Of a stretch of DNA of 64,000 nt, positions 52,369-64,000 are shown one piece after another. The notes under the pieces were generated by a model that was given only the letters and a program-made list of their open reading frames with translations, made no database searches and was not told the DNA's origin. The number at the start of each line of letters is the position of its first letter. Positions within the stretch are counted from its first letter, which is position 1. Position numbers and translations under genes: made by a program. This DNA comes from Octopus sinensis (lineage: Eukaryota), in contig NC_042998.1 in NCBI RefSeq assembly GCF_006345805.1, positions 170,314,001 through 170,378,000 on the forward strand, read 5' to 3'.

Positions 52369-53539
52369 TGAATAATATATATATGCTAGGCCACTGGTAG
52401 TAAAAATTTCTAAAATCTTTATTACCCTGATATTATTAATTATGTATGTGTGTGTGTGTATAAATATATTATAAATGCTAACGAAGTTGGTTGGTCAACA
52501 TACTGGTTGGTCAAAATACAATTAGAACTGAACTTAGTTGGCATGCTCACCAAACCAACAGTTCATTAGATTCAGCTTGCTGGAGCCCATCATTTCACTA
52601 CAGTTGTCGATTGTGGAACATAAATGTCACTATTGCTACATAAAACTGATGATTGCATAATGCATGAAAGAAATTATTTTTATCACAATAAATATATAAT
52701 ACTTTATTTTTATAATATTGTAAAATTGTAAAAATTATATATTATAAAACGTGAAAATCAGACTAGGTAGGAATTTCATTGATTACTATATTCTTCTATG
52801 CATAATTATACAACCTCGGTCAGATGGATGGATGGATGGATAGACGGATGGACGGATGGATGGATGGATGGAGGGATGGATGGATGGATGGATGGATGGA
52901 TGTTTGTTTGTTTAGAGTGTTTGAAGTGGTGTAGATATTGTGTATTGAGAAAAAGGAAGCAGTCGGAATTTTGGCTAATTCTTTATTAGCACTTTCTTTC
53001 ATTTAAACACACTCTTTAAGACAAAAATTAAAACCAAGATATATATATATCCAAACTGAGGGAGTGGAACAGGTAAAATGCACATGACAAATATCTTTTA
53101 ACTAGCTGAAACTTGTGATGTAATCATTATGCAATGAAATCTACTCAACATAGCTAAACATTAGGCTGAGATTACCTTCATGAGATAAACATTACATTGC
53201 CACCTGGAATTACTGAGTCTGCTACAACACAATGATGAGCCCAACTCAATAAGAAAATCAGTAATAAAAAATAAAAACCAACAAAAAAAAATCAAGAAAG
53301 TAACTTTAGTGAACCAATGAGCAATAAAGCTAAAGAGCAAGTGTGGTTTAGAGTAGAGGAGTAGAAAAAAAGGAGAAAGAGAAGGAAAGAAAGAAGAAAA
53401 AGGAAAGAAAAGGACTGTTATCATTACAGAGACAGTATTGTGGTTATAAAAATCTATTCAAGAGACTGAGGACAGATCTTTTCCGACTGTTAGAATGCTG
53501 TCATCTAAATCAATAGGTAAAGGGGTAGTAGAGGTAGGA

Positions 53540-53983
53540 AGACCAGAGGTTTAAGGTATTTTGGATTGCCAGACAGTGTGTCAGTGAAAATTATTATGTT
53601 GTAAGAGAAGTGCATTTGCTTGTATGTTTCTCTTGCAGTTAGTGACTTTGCAAAGAAAGAGGCTTGGAAGTCCCCCCATGAAAGGCTGCTAAATGTAGAG
53701 AATGCATTGGAGAAGTGGAATATGCCTAATGTGGCCCCAGCTGAGGGACCAGATATCCAAATTGATGGTTGCTTGGTAGATAAAGCAATTAAGGATATGA
53801 AGAGAGGGGAAAGCCCCTGGCCCATCAAGAATCACCACTGAGAAGCTTAAAATATCTGGTAGAATGGGATAAGGCTTGGTCACCCGTATAGTTAATCAGG
53901 TTGTCCACAAGAGAGTCATACCCAACAACTGATGTAGCAGTACTGTAATCAATTGCTATAAAGATAAGGGTGACACCTTAGAC
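53540..53983 (+). pseudogene. RTE LINE fragment (linker and early RT)
   Basis: 'KEAWKSPHERLLNVEN..VDKAIKDMK..LVTRIVNQV..INCYKDKGDTLD'; cut by the hAT TIR. Confidence 0.75.
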
Positions 53984-55122
53984 CAGGGGTCACCAAACTT
54001 TTTTCATAGTGGGCCAGATATAACTAAAAGAATGCCAAGCACGGGCTGGATAAATATTTTGTTCAATTCAGTATAATATAGAATACACTGAATGTACACA
54101 AAAAATGTACACAGTCATCCTATTTATTTATCAAAACATAAAATACACAAAATAATAAAAACAATAAGCATATTTTAATAATACCAAAATATTACCAAGT
54201 TGGAATTTTTAGAATAAGTGTGCACATAGCTGATTTGCATAAAAAGTAAGCAGCACAAAAGTTAATGAGATTTGTGAAACTGGCATTTTGCTTTCAAAAT
54301 ATCATCAACATTTGCTTTATGATTGCTGTAGCCAACCATAAAAACTGCTTTCAAATGTTCATCAGTGAGCCTTGTTCAATGTATTGACTTCACACACTTC
54401 ATTTTTGAAAAAGTTTACTCACAAACATAAGTTGTTCCAAAAACTGAAACTTTTTTCAATTTTGAAAACTCATCAGAAGGCAAGCAGCGATAAAATTCTA
54501 TGAGTTTTCCATTTCTGTGCTTCTCTTTCAACAAGGTATTAGCTTGCAAGTCAATAAGCTCCAGTTGTAGTTCAGGGATTATCAAACAAAAGAATTTCAT
54601 CCCCAATTTTGTCAGGATCTGAAAATCTTTGAGAAAAATGCTTATTTAAGTCCTGAATAGTTTTTTTCTGAAACTCGAGGTTGACATGTTCCACATTTTC
54701 TGTGCAAAACTCTTGAAAACACTGAGAGAGAGGTTTCCTCCTTCAAGTTGTGCTTCAAACAATGATAGCTTTCTCCAAAATGCTGTAATAATTCTGTAGA
54801 GATCACAGACAAGGTTATTCTTTCCTTGCAGTTTTAAATTCAATTCATTCGTATGAGAAGTGACGTCAACTAAAAACGACAACCTTGATAACCATGAAGG
54901 ATCTGACAGCTGTGGATCAGCTCTATTCTTTTCGGTGAGAAAAAGATCTATTTCTCTTTGGAGCTTATAAAAACGAAACAGGACTTTACTGCAACTGAGC
55001 CATCTCACTTCTGTGTAGTAAGGCAAGTCACAGAAATTAGAATCCATTTCTTCAAGGAAAGCCTGGAACTGTTGGTGATTAAGCCCATGATTCCAAATAA
55101 AGTTCACCACAGTTGTAACCTT
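53984..55122 (-). mobile_element. 3' half of a Buster-group hAT transposon (SPIN/GTF2IRD2-like transposase)
   Basis: TIR CAGGGGTCACCAAAC at 53984; 'VVNFIWNHGLNHQQFQAFLEEM..YYTEVRWLS..LSFLVDVTSHTNELNLKLQG', 'VFGTTYVCE', 'RLTDEHL'. Confidence 0.9.
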
Positions 55123-56249
55123 AAACTTTTCAAACTGTTGTGTAAAGATATGGAATCTGAACATGACGCATTGGTTTTCACACAAACGTATGATGGCTAT
55201 CAAAGGGGAACATGCTTAGACAGCGTTATGAACTATGAGAGGAAGTAGCAATATTTCTAGATTTGCAGCAGAAGGCAAATCTCCATGACAACTTACAGTC
55301 TGAAGGCTTTCGGCTATCTCTAGCTTACTTAGTGGACATAATCGAAGTGTTGAATGCTCTCGACCTTAAACTACAAGGGAAAAACATCAACATTTTCACA
55401 CACTGTGACACTATTTGAACCTTCGTGGCCAAACTCGACCTTTGGAGATGTCGAATTCAGTAGGGAAATACAGCCAGTTTAAGTTACTTGGATTCTGCTC
55501 TCATTCACAGTAACCTTGATTCTGGGTTAAAGAAACAAATAATCACTCAGCTAACCAACTTGAAAACAGAATTCATCAGATACTCCCCAGATATAGATGA
55601 AAAGCATGAAGCTTGGAAATTCATCAGGAACCCATTTCAGTGTGAAATGACTGATGTTTTGGATGAAGTGCAAGAGGAGTTTCTTGAGCTGAAGTTCAAC
55701 TCCCCAGCTAAGGAAGACTTCAAAGAACTGGATCTTGAAACATTCTGAATCAAGTGCCTTCCTGTTTACCCTCTGATCTCACATCAGGCTCTTCAGAGTT
55801 TAGTTATTTTTGGATCCATGTATCTTAGTGAAGCTGCATTTTCCACATTCATTGCTATCAAAACCAAGTACAGAAACAGACTGAATGTTGAAAGGGGCTT
55901 ATGTTGTGCACTCTCTGGCATTCAACCACACATTCAAGATCTTGTAGCTAAGAAGCTGTGTCAAGTATCTCACTAATAGTATGACTAATTCATACTCAAT
56001 AAAAAAGAAACTTCTTTTTGCTAAGAAGCAGTGTCAAGTGTATCACTTTTTGTATAATGTGATTATATATAAAATTATACATATTTTGCGTAATATGACT
56101 AATTCATATTCAATAAAAATATTAAAAACATATTTTAGATTTTAATTAAAATCTAGGAGGGAATTTTATTCATAGATGCAAGGGTGGAGTGTGGAGAGAA
56201 GGACAAATTCCTAGGGGAGGCATGGTAGTAAAAACGTTAAGAACCACTG
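55118..56249 (+). mobile_element. 3' half of a second Buster/Charlie-type hAT transposon (ZBED5/8-like transposase)
   Basis: 'LFKLLCKDMESEHDAL', 'LAYLVDIIEVLNALDLKLQG', 'FIRNPF', 'FGSMYLSEAAFS..IKTKYRNRLNVE..VSH*'; TIR GTTAAGAACCACTG ending at 56249. Confidence 0.9.
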
Positions 56250-58724
56250 CTTTAGTATATATTCTCAAATACCACAATAGCTGTGTTAAATTAGATTAAA
56301 GAATTAATTTATATTCTTATAAAGGGAAGAGAAAATGTCTTATTATGATAGATAAAAAGGTATCATAGGGATACCAAGTTGTGAACACTGAAACCTGATA
56401 GGATACCTGCATATCTTCTGTTTCCATAGACATAATGGTAACACAAATACTTTTTTTATCTGCTACAATATGACAAATGCTGCATTGAAACATTTACAGA
56501 ATTGATTTGCTTGAGTTAATCTGAAAACAGCAACTGAAGAGTCACTAGAAACATTTACAACACACAGGTCACCTTTCAGTAAGTAAATTCACTCCCCAGT
56601 GTTGCAGTATGTATTGTGATTTAATATATTTTGTACATTTGACACAATACTATTCATAAGAAGTATATAAGTAACAGTTATGCATGATGTGACAGAAGTA
56701 ATGTGTGTGACTCATAACAGATAATAAAAGAAATAATATTATATATTTGCTTGATCATTCATCGAGCAGAGTGACACTGTGTCTGTAGATTAAAACTATG
56801 CTCTGCAAAGAAATGGATACTATTTTTTATATTTATACATTGCAACTGCGTCATCTACAAATATACCAACCATAAACATGTGTAAGTGTACAATATATTA
56901 TGCAATAAAAATTTATACACCAAAACCCAAGTAGCAAAGTGGGCAGAGACAACAATAACAACAGGATTTCTTACTTAGTATGCAGGATAAATTCTCTTAT
57001 CTGATTTAACACTGTTGTTATGATGGTTTACTTTATAAAACTATTAGCTGTCCAGAATGAATACTAAAGGTGATGCAATCTCTGAAGATTTTCATTGTAA
57101 TTGCCTTCTTTAACTGGTAGTTCCATTGTTAATGAAATGCATGTAAGATATAACTAAATATTTTATGAACAGACTCTCCTGTTTTGTTTTGCATGTTTTA
57201 ATGTAGCATGTGATCTCTCTAACAACAGAGTCCAACAAATGAAACTCAAATTATAATATGAACTATAATGCAGTATTTCTTTGTGATATACAGGAATATT
57301 TGCCATGCAATTTACAATTTACAATATGACAGGAGCTGGCCAGCCACGGGGCTGTCCAGACTCCAATTGTTTGCTGTGGCATGGTTTCTATAGTTGGATG
57401 CCCTTCCTAATGCCACCTACTTTACTAGTCAGTTAAGGTGAGACAGTGTCACATGACAACTTGCTGTAGCTGCCTGCTGGAGCCTAGCGGTAGGCATTTA
57501 AAGGGAAAAATTTGACAAGTCAGTCAGTCACCAGCTGACACTTGCTGACGATACATCAAAGAGGCCAGGGGACAGAAGAAAGAAGACATGCACCCAACAC
57601 CAGAGCTGAAGACACCTCCCAAAAGGGGGGGGGGGGCACCACATCAAAACGGAAGAGGAGTAGGGGTCGAAACCGGACGTGGTTCCTCCTGATGATTCTT
57701 GAGCTAACTGGATCCTATAAAGGAGCTGTTGTGGTAGCAGACCACGAAACACAGTTGTAATTCCTCCTATATATATATCATCATCATCATCATTTAACAT
57801 CTGCCTTCCATGCTAGCATGAGTGGGACGGTTTCACAAGAGCCAGCCAGGCAGAAGCCTGCACCAGACTTCTGTAACTATTTTAGTACCAGACAAGGATT
57901 CTGGATTATTTTTCCTGTTTTTTTACTTAAGTTTTGAGAGTAGTCAGGTTCATTTTTAGTATTCTCATTTGTGAGAGCAGTCGAGTCCATTTCAGTTATT
58001 CTCATTTTAAAAATCATCTCAGGCTGATCATTGAGAGGACGTCGGTGTTGCCTTGGCAGAGGTTTGCTCTCTCTCAGTGCTTTTGTTCAGTTTTATTGCA
58101 AGATTTCTTGCCAACAGAAAATGAGCCAGTTTCTAATGTAGGCCCCTTCATTGGAATTTCAACAACATCAACAGGGTACTTTTCAAGTATGTAAGTATAT
58201 GTTCAGTATTTGGAGTCAGGACATACGCAGATTTGTATGCTTTATTTTATGCATGTAGTTCATGCATATAGTTGCATGTCTAGACATGCACATATATACT
58301 TAAATGATAAACTTGTAGAAAGTTTTACAGATTTTTATAGTTCCCGTGATGGCTTGGATTTGTAGTTTTCATATCAGCTTTCTTCCTTCTGATTTTGAGA
58401 AGCCTAATCTTTCAAGATTGGTACTTAGGCAATGTGTTACGTATCCCAGTGCCCCAATATGTGTATGTATGTATGTATGTATGTATGTATGTATGTATGT
58501 ATGTATGTATGTATGTATGTATGCTGTTCCCATAGACATCCAGTTGTAAACTCTTCTGTAATGGCCCATAGGACTATGAGGAAATGGCAAATAGGTGAGA
58601 GCTGATATGTGTGTGTGTGAAAGAGAGAGAGAGACTGACAGAAGCAGTATTAGTTTGAAATAGTAATCTGTGAATAACATTTAAAGCAGAAAGATCACTG
58701 AAAACCTAATTACCTGTAGTTTGC

Positions 58725-59303
58725 AAAAAAAAAATAAAAAAAAAAATAAATAAAAAAAAAAAAAAATAAAAAATATAAAAAAATATAAAAAAAATTAAAA
58801 AATAAAAAAATACAATGTGTGCACATACATACATAAACACATATACATAACACCAACATACGTCCACACATGTGTGCCTATACATACCTACACATACACA
58901 CATACATACTATATATATTATATATATATATATATATAATAATATATTATATATATATACACAAGCAAATAAAGGCCCATTCCCTAATTTTAATTTTATT
59001 ATCTTCATTTATTACTTTTGTTATCTTTGATCGCTAGGGCTAAGGATCCTGGCGATGGCAGCATGTCCAATTGTCTGTCTACTAGAAGGCAAGTACTCGT
59101 TCCCGCACGCACACTCATTAGCACGTACATACAACCCCTTCATACACTCATACCATACACGTACGCACGCGTTATATTCATACATACAAACATCTACATA
59201 CGTTCACGTATATACACATACGTACTCGTACCTACAGATTCATGTCTACACTTTAGGAGGCTAGTCTATATATATACACCAATAAATATACATATATAAT
59301 ATA

Positions 59304-59339
<36 letters not shown>

Positions 59340-59703
59340 CACATATACACATACACACACACACACACATATATAACTCCTACATACAGATACATACCCA
59401 TATATAAATACATATACAACACATACACATATATATATATATATATATATACAACATATATATATATAATATATATATATATATATACATACATACCACA
59501 CACACATATATATACACACACATACATACACATATATACATACACAAACATACATACACACACATATATATATGCATATATACACACATACATACACACA
59601 CCTACATACATATACACACAAACACATACATACGTAAACATACATACATACATCCATACATCCATACTTACATGCATTTATACGCATACATACACCCCCC
59701 ATC

Positions 59704-59746
<43 letters not shown>

Positions 59747-60057
59747 TATATATATATCACACTCACACACATACATATACAAATATACGCCCACACCTAC
59801 ATACATACACGTATACGCATACACGCACATACACCATACATGCGTACCCATACACGTGCACACACGCACATGCATCCATATATAACACACACACACACAT
59901 ATAATATACACGTGTGCAAGCATACATACATACTCATACACGCACACATACTTACATATACATATATGCACACACTTACACACATATATACATACACATA
60001 TACATGCATACATACATATATGCATACATACACATACACGCACATACACATATACAC
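58725..60057. repeat. Left arm of a ~1.3-kb inverted duplication
   Basis: The unique block 'gatcgctagggctaaggatcctggcgatggcagcatgtcc...' (ORF 59018+) reappears reverse-complemented at 62186-62881. Confidence 0.88.
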
Positions 60058-61113
60058 CTGCGTACACTCCCCAGAACACTCCCCAAATGCATGCATAAGA
60101 AGTATGCGAACTATAAGAACTATAGACCTACCCCGCAACCTGATGATGACAACCCCCCCCCTACAAACCCCCCTACCCCACTGTTCCCCTAGCACCCCCG
60201 ATTACCTTTCTCCTAAGACCTTTCACATATTGTATGTGCACGCTTGTATATGTGTATCGTATGTATGTATATTGTATAGAAATGCATGGGTACAGTAGGA
60301 ATATACGCATGTATTATGTGTGTGTGTGTGTATGGTGCATGTAAAAAAATATATATTATGATGTATATGTTTGCATATATGAATATATATAATATATATA
60401 TATATATGTATGTGCTTGTATGTGTGTGTGTGTGTATATATGTTATATGTGGTATGTATATGTGTATACGGTTAAATGATGTGTTTGGTATGTGTATGTA
60501 GTATAAAATATTATATAATAGGGCTTAGTAAAATAAAATAAATTACTTTGCCACATACTAAACTTTCTAGAAATAGCAGCCAATATAGGTTTTAGCCTCT
60601 TCCACTACTTAGAGAATTTTTTTCCCTCTAACATTGTTTACTCAAAATAATAATGGTCCCTTTACATACTGAATTCTTGGTGAATTTGATTAATAACTAA
60701 TTAACTTCACCCTCCCTTGTTGATATATATATATATGTATGTGTGTACATGTATGTATATATATGTGTGTGTGTGTATGTGTGTATGTATGTATTTGTAC
60801 ATGTGTGTGTGTATATGTATGTGCGCGCGTGTGTGTGTATGTATGTGTATGTATATTTGTATATGTATGTGCATGTGTATGTATGTGTGTATATATATGT
60901 ATATGTATGTATATATATGTATATATATAATATGTATATATGTGTGTATGTATATGTATGTATATATGTGTGTGTATATGTGTATTATGTATGTATTATA
61001 TAGATATGTAGTTTATATATATATATATGTATGTATATGCATCTGTCTGTGTGGTGTATGTGTATATATGTGTATCATTATTGCGTATGTATACATGTAT
61101 ATGTGTATATGTA

Positions 61114-61152
<39 letters not shown>

Positions 61153-61490
61153 GTAATATGTGGGGGTATATGTATGTGTATATGTATATATATATATATG
61201 TGTATATATATGTGTATGTGTATATATATATATATGTATGTGTGTATGTGTATATATGTATGTATATGTGTATGTGTGTGTACATGTATATATATGTGTG
61301 TGTGTATATATATATATGTTTATATGTGAGTATGTAGAGATATAAGTATATGCATGTGTATACGTGTGTGTGTGTATATATATATACATATATATGTATG
61401 GGTATGTGTATCCGTGTATATATGTATGTGTGTGTGTATGTATATGTATGTATGTGTGTATATATGTATGTGTATATGTGTATATATGTG

Positions 61491-61521
<31 letters not shown>

Positions 61522-61843
61522 GTATGTGTATGTGTGTGTAGGTGTGCATGTATGTGTATGTGTATATGTGTATATATATGTTTGTGTATATATATGATAT
61601 ATATATATGTGTATATATGTATATATATATATAATATATGTATATATGAGTGCGCGTGTGTGTATGTATGCATATAGTATGTATGCATGTATATGTGTAT
61701 TTAGTGTGTGTAAGTGTGTGCATATATGTATATGTAAGTATGTGCGCGTGTATGAGTATGTATGTATGCTTGCACACGTGTATATATATGTGTGTTGTGT
61801 ATATATATGGATGACGTGCGTGCGTGCACGTGTATGGTTAGCA

Positions 61844-62137
61844 TGTGTATATGTGTATGTGCGTGTATGTGTATGTATGCATATATGTATGTATGCATGT
61901 ATTTGTATGTAATATGTGTGTAAGTGTGTGCATATATGTATATGTAAGTAGTTTGTTGCGTGTATGAGTATATATGTATGCTTGCACACGTGTAATATAT
62001 GTGTGGTGTGTGTGTATATATATGGATGCATGTGCGTGTGTGCACGTGTATGGGTACGCATGTATGTGTATGTGCGTGTATGCGTATACGTGTATGTATG
62101 TAGGTGTGGGCGCGTATATTTGTATATGTATGTGTGA

Positions 62138-62188
<51 letters not shown>

Positions 62189-62410
62189 TATATATAGATG
62201 GGGGTGTATGTATGCGTATAAATGCATGTAAGTATGGATGTATGGATGTATGTATGTATGTTTACGTATGTATGTGTTTGTGTGTATATGTATGTAGGTG
62301 TGTGTATGTATGTGTGTATATATGTATATATATATATGTGGTGTGTGTATGTTTGTGTATGTATATATATGTGTATGTATGTGTGTGTATATATATGTGT
62401 GTGGTGTATG

Positions 62411-62479
<69 letters not shown>

Positions 62480-62556
62480 ATATGTATTTATATATGGGTA
62501 TGTATCTGTATGTAGGAGTATATATATGTGTGTGTGTGTGTGTATGTGTATATGTG

Positions 62557-62613
<57 letters not shown>

Positions 62614-63165
62614 TTATTGGTGTATATATATAGACTAGCCTCCTAAAGTGTAGACATGAATCTGTAGGTACGAGTACGTATGTGTATATACGTGAACGTA
62701 TGTAGATGTTTGTATGTATGAATATAACGCGTGCGTACGTGTATGTGTATGAGTGTATGAATGGGTGTATGTACGTGCTAATGAGTGTGCGTGCGGGAAC
62801 GAGTACTTGCCTTCTAGTAGACAGACAATTGGACATGCTGCCATCGCCAGGATCCTTAGCCCTAGCGATCAAAGATAACAAAAGTAATAAATGAAGATAA
62901 TAAAATTAAAATTAGGGATGGGCCTGTATTTGCTTGTGTATATATATATATATATATAATATATATATATATATTATATATATATATGTATGTATGGGTG
63001 TATGTGTAGGTATGTATAGGCACACATGTGTACGTATGTGTGTGTGTATGTATATGTGTTTATGTATGTATGTGCACACATTTTATTTTTTTATTTTTTT
63101 TATTTTTTTATTTTTTTTATTTATTTTTTATTTTTTTTTTTTTTTTTTTTATTTTTTTTTTTTTT
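61844..63165. repeat. Right arm of the ~1.3-kb inverted duplication
   Basis: Reverse complement of 58725-60057 with scattered indels; 61600-61830 partly duplicates the inner end. Confidence 0.88.
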
Positions 63166-63318
63166 ATTTATCTATTCTTTCATCTAACTTACCACTGACT
63201 CCTTGACCACTCCCCCAAGTATGATATTTTGCGCTATGCCTACCCCGGAAAAAGTCCCCCACCACCACTCCTTTAAACCTGCCTAAATGTATAAATGCTA
63301 ATACAATTCTTGTTAAAT

Positions 63319-63369
63319 AGCTTCCTGAAGATTTCTCTTGAATGAAACAGTACTAGTCCTGTAGAAGCT
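63319..63369 (+). ncRNA. Degenerate type I hammerhead motif just upstream of (TA)n
   Basis: AGCUUC CUGAAGA UUUC ucuu GAAU GAAA C aguacua G UC cugua GAAGCU: perfect core and GUC, but stem I is displaced by 5 nt. Confidence 0.55.
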
Positions 63370-63381
63370 CCTTCTATATAA

Positions 63382-63441
<60 letters not shown>

Positions 63442-63471
63442 TGTATATATATATTGTGTGTGTGTATATGT

Positions 63472-63517
<46 letters not shown>

Positions 63518-64000
63518 TAGTATAAGAAGAGAATTAGCCTTGACAGGACCCATTTTTACTTATGCCAGGGGAGAACACCATTGATGCTTTTTGCCAAGTG
63601 AAACTATGAGAATAGAGGGACTTAGCTAGCATTCATAAGATTTTCATTCAACAAAATGGCCATCAACTATGCACTTATTTCCTAAGCAGAACCAGATATC
63701 CAAAAATTCAAATAAAACCTTGTGAGTGAATTTGGTAGGCAGAATTTCCATCTTGTGAATATGATAGTGTTTTGCTTCCTTTAATCGATAGGCGGGAAAC
63801 CTGATACCTAAACCTGATATCCAAGTCATTAAATTACCTTGAAATTAAATCTACTGTCCTACATTGGATTAACAGCTGGACCACATGACATGATAAATCT
63901 GCATGATTTGGGTTGCCAAACAACAATGGCAAGAAAGCTGCTACACAACAATCTAATTGATCTGAGATGACTGTGCTGAAACATTATACTATTTCTACTC

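Noticed and set aside
54345-54367. Minus-strand CTGATGA-ACATTT-GAAA
   Set aside because: Lies in hAT transposase coding sequence, with no stem II or stem I.
57640-57770. Scattered hammerhead-like pieces (GAAACCGGAC, CTGATGA, GTGGT/ACCAC-GAAAC) before a short TA run
   Set aside because: No single set of pieces forms a complete fold with correct pairing. It could be a very decayed tandem HHR, but that is unsupported here.
59036-59050. Telomere-like 'ctagggctaagg'
   Set aside because: Not a TTAGGG array; single degenerate match.

Overview
AT-rich eukaryotic DNA packed with microsatellites and transposable elements. The SINE families and the (TA)/(TG)/(AAT)/(GAT) load point to an octopus (cephalopod) genome; this is an inference. 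No host protein-coding gene can be confidently supported, and most short ORFs in the supplied track are microsatellite translations. Recognisable elements: two Helitrons; two Penelope-like retroelements (PLEs, RT plus GIY-YIG), each with an inverted copy of its own 3' end; a truncated Ty3/Gypsy element plus a solo LTR of the same family; RTE and CR1 LINEs; a mariner fragment; two hAT transposase halves joined head-to-head; MITEs; many tRNA-derived SINE copies. The most interesting signal is a set of type I hammerhead-ribozyme (HHR) motifs at PLE-like termini next to (TA)n tracts. These include a U3-A8 compensatory-core variant in both ends of a young PLE and an HHR capping a roughly 220-nt rod-like hairpin. 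All alignments and folds were done by eye. Internal HHR coordinates are exact; most TE boundaries are approximate to tens of bp.
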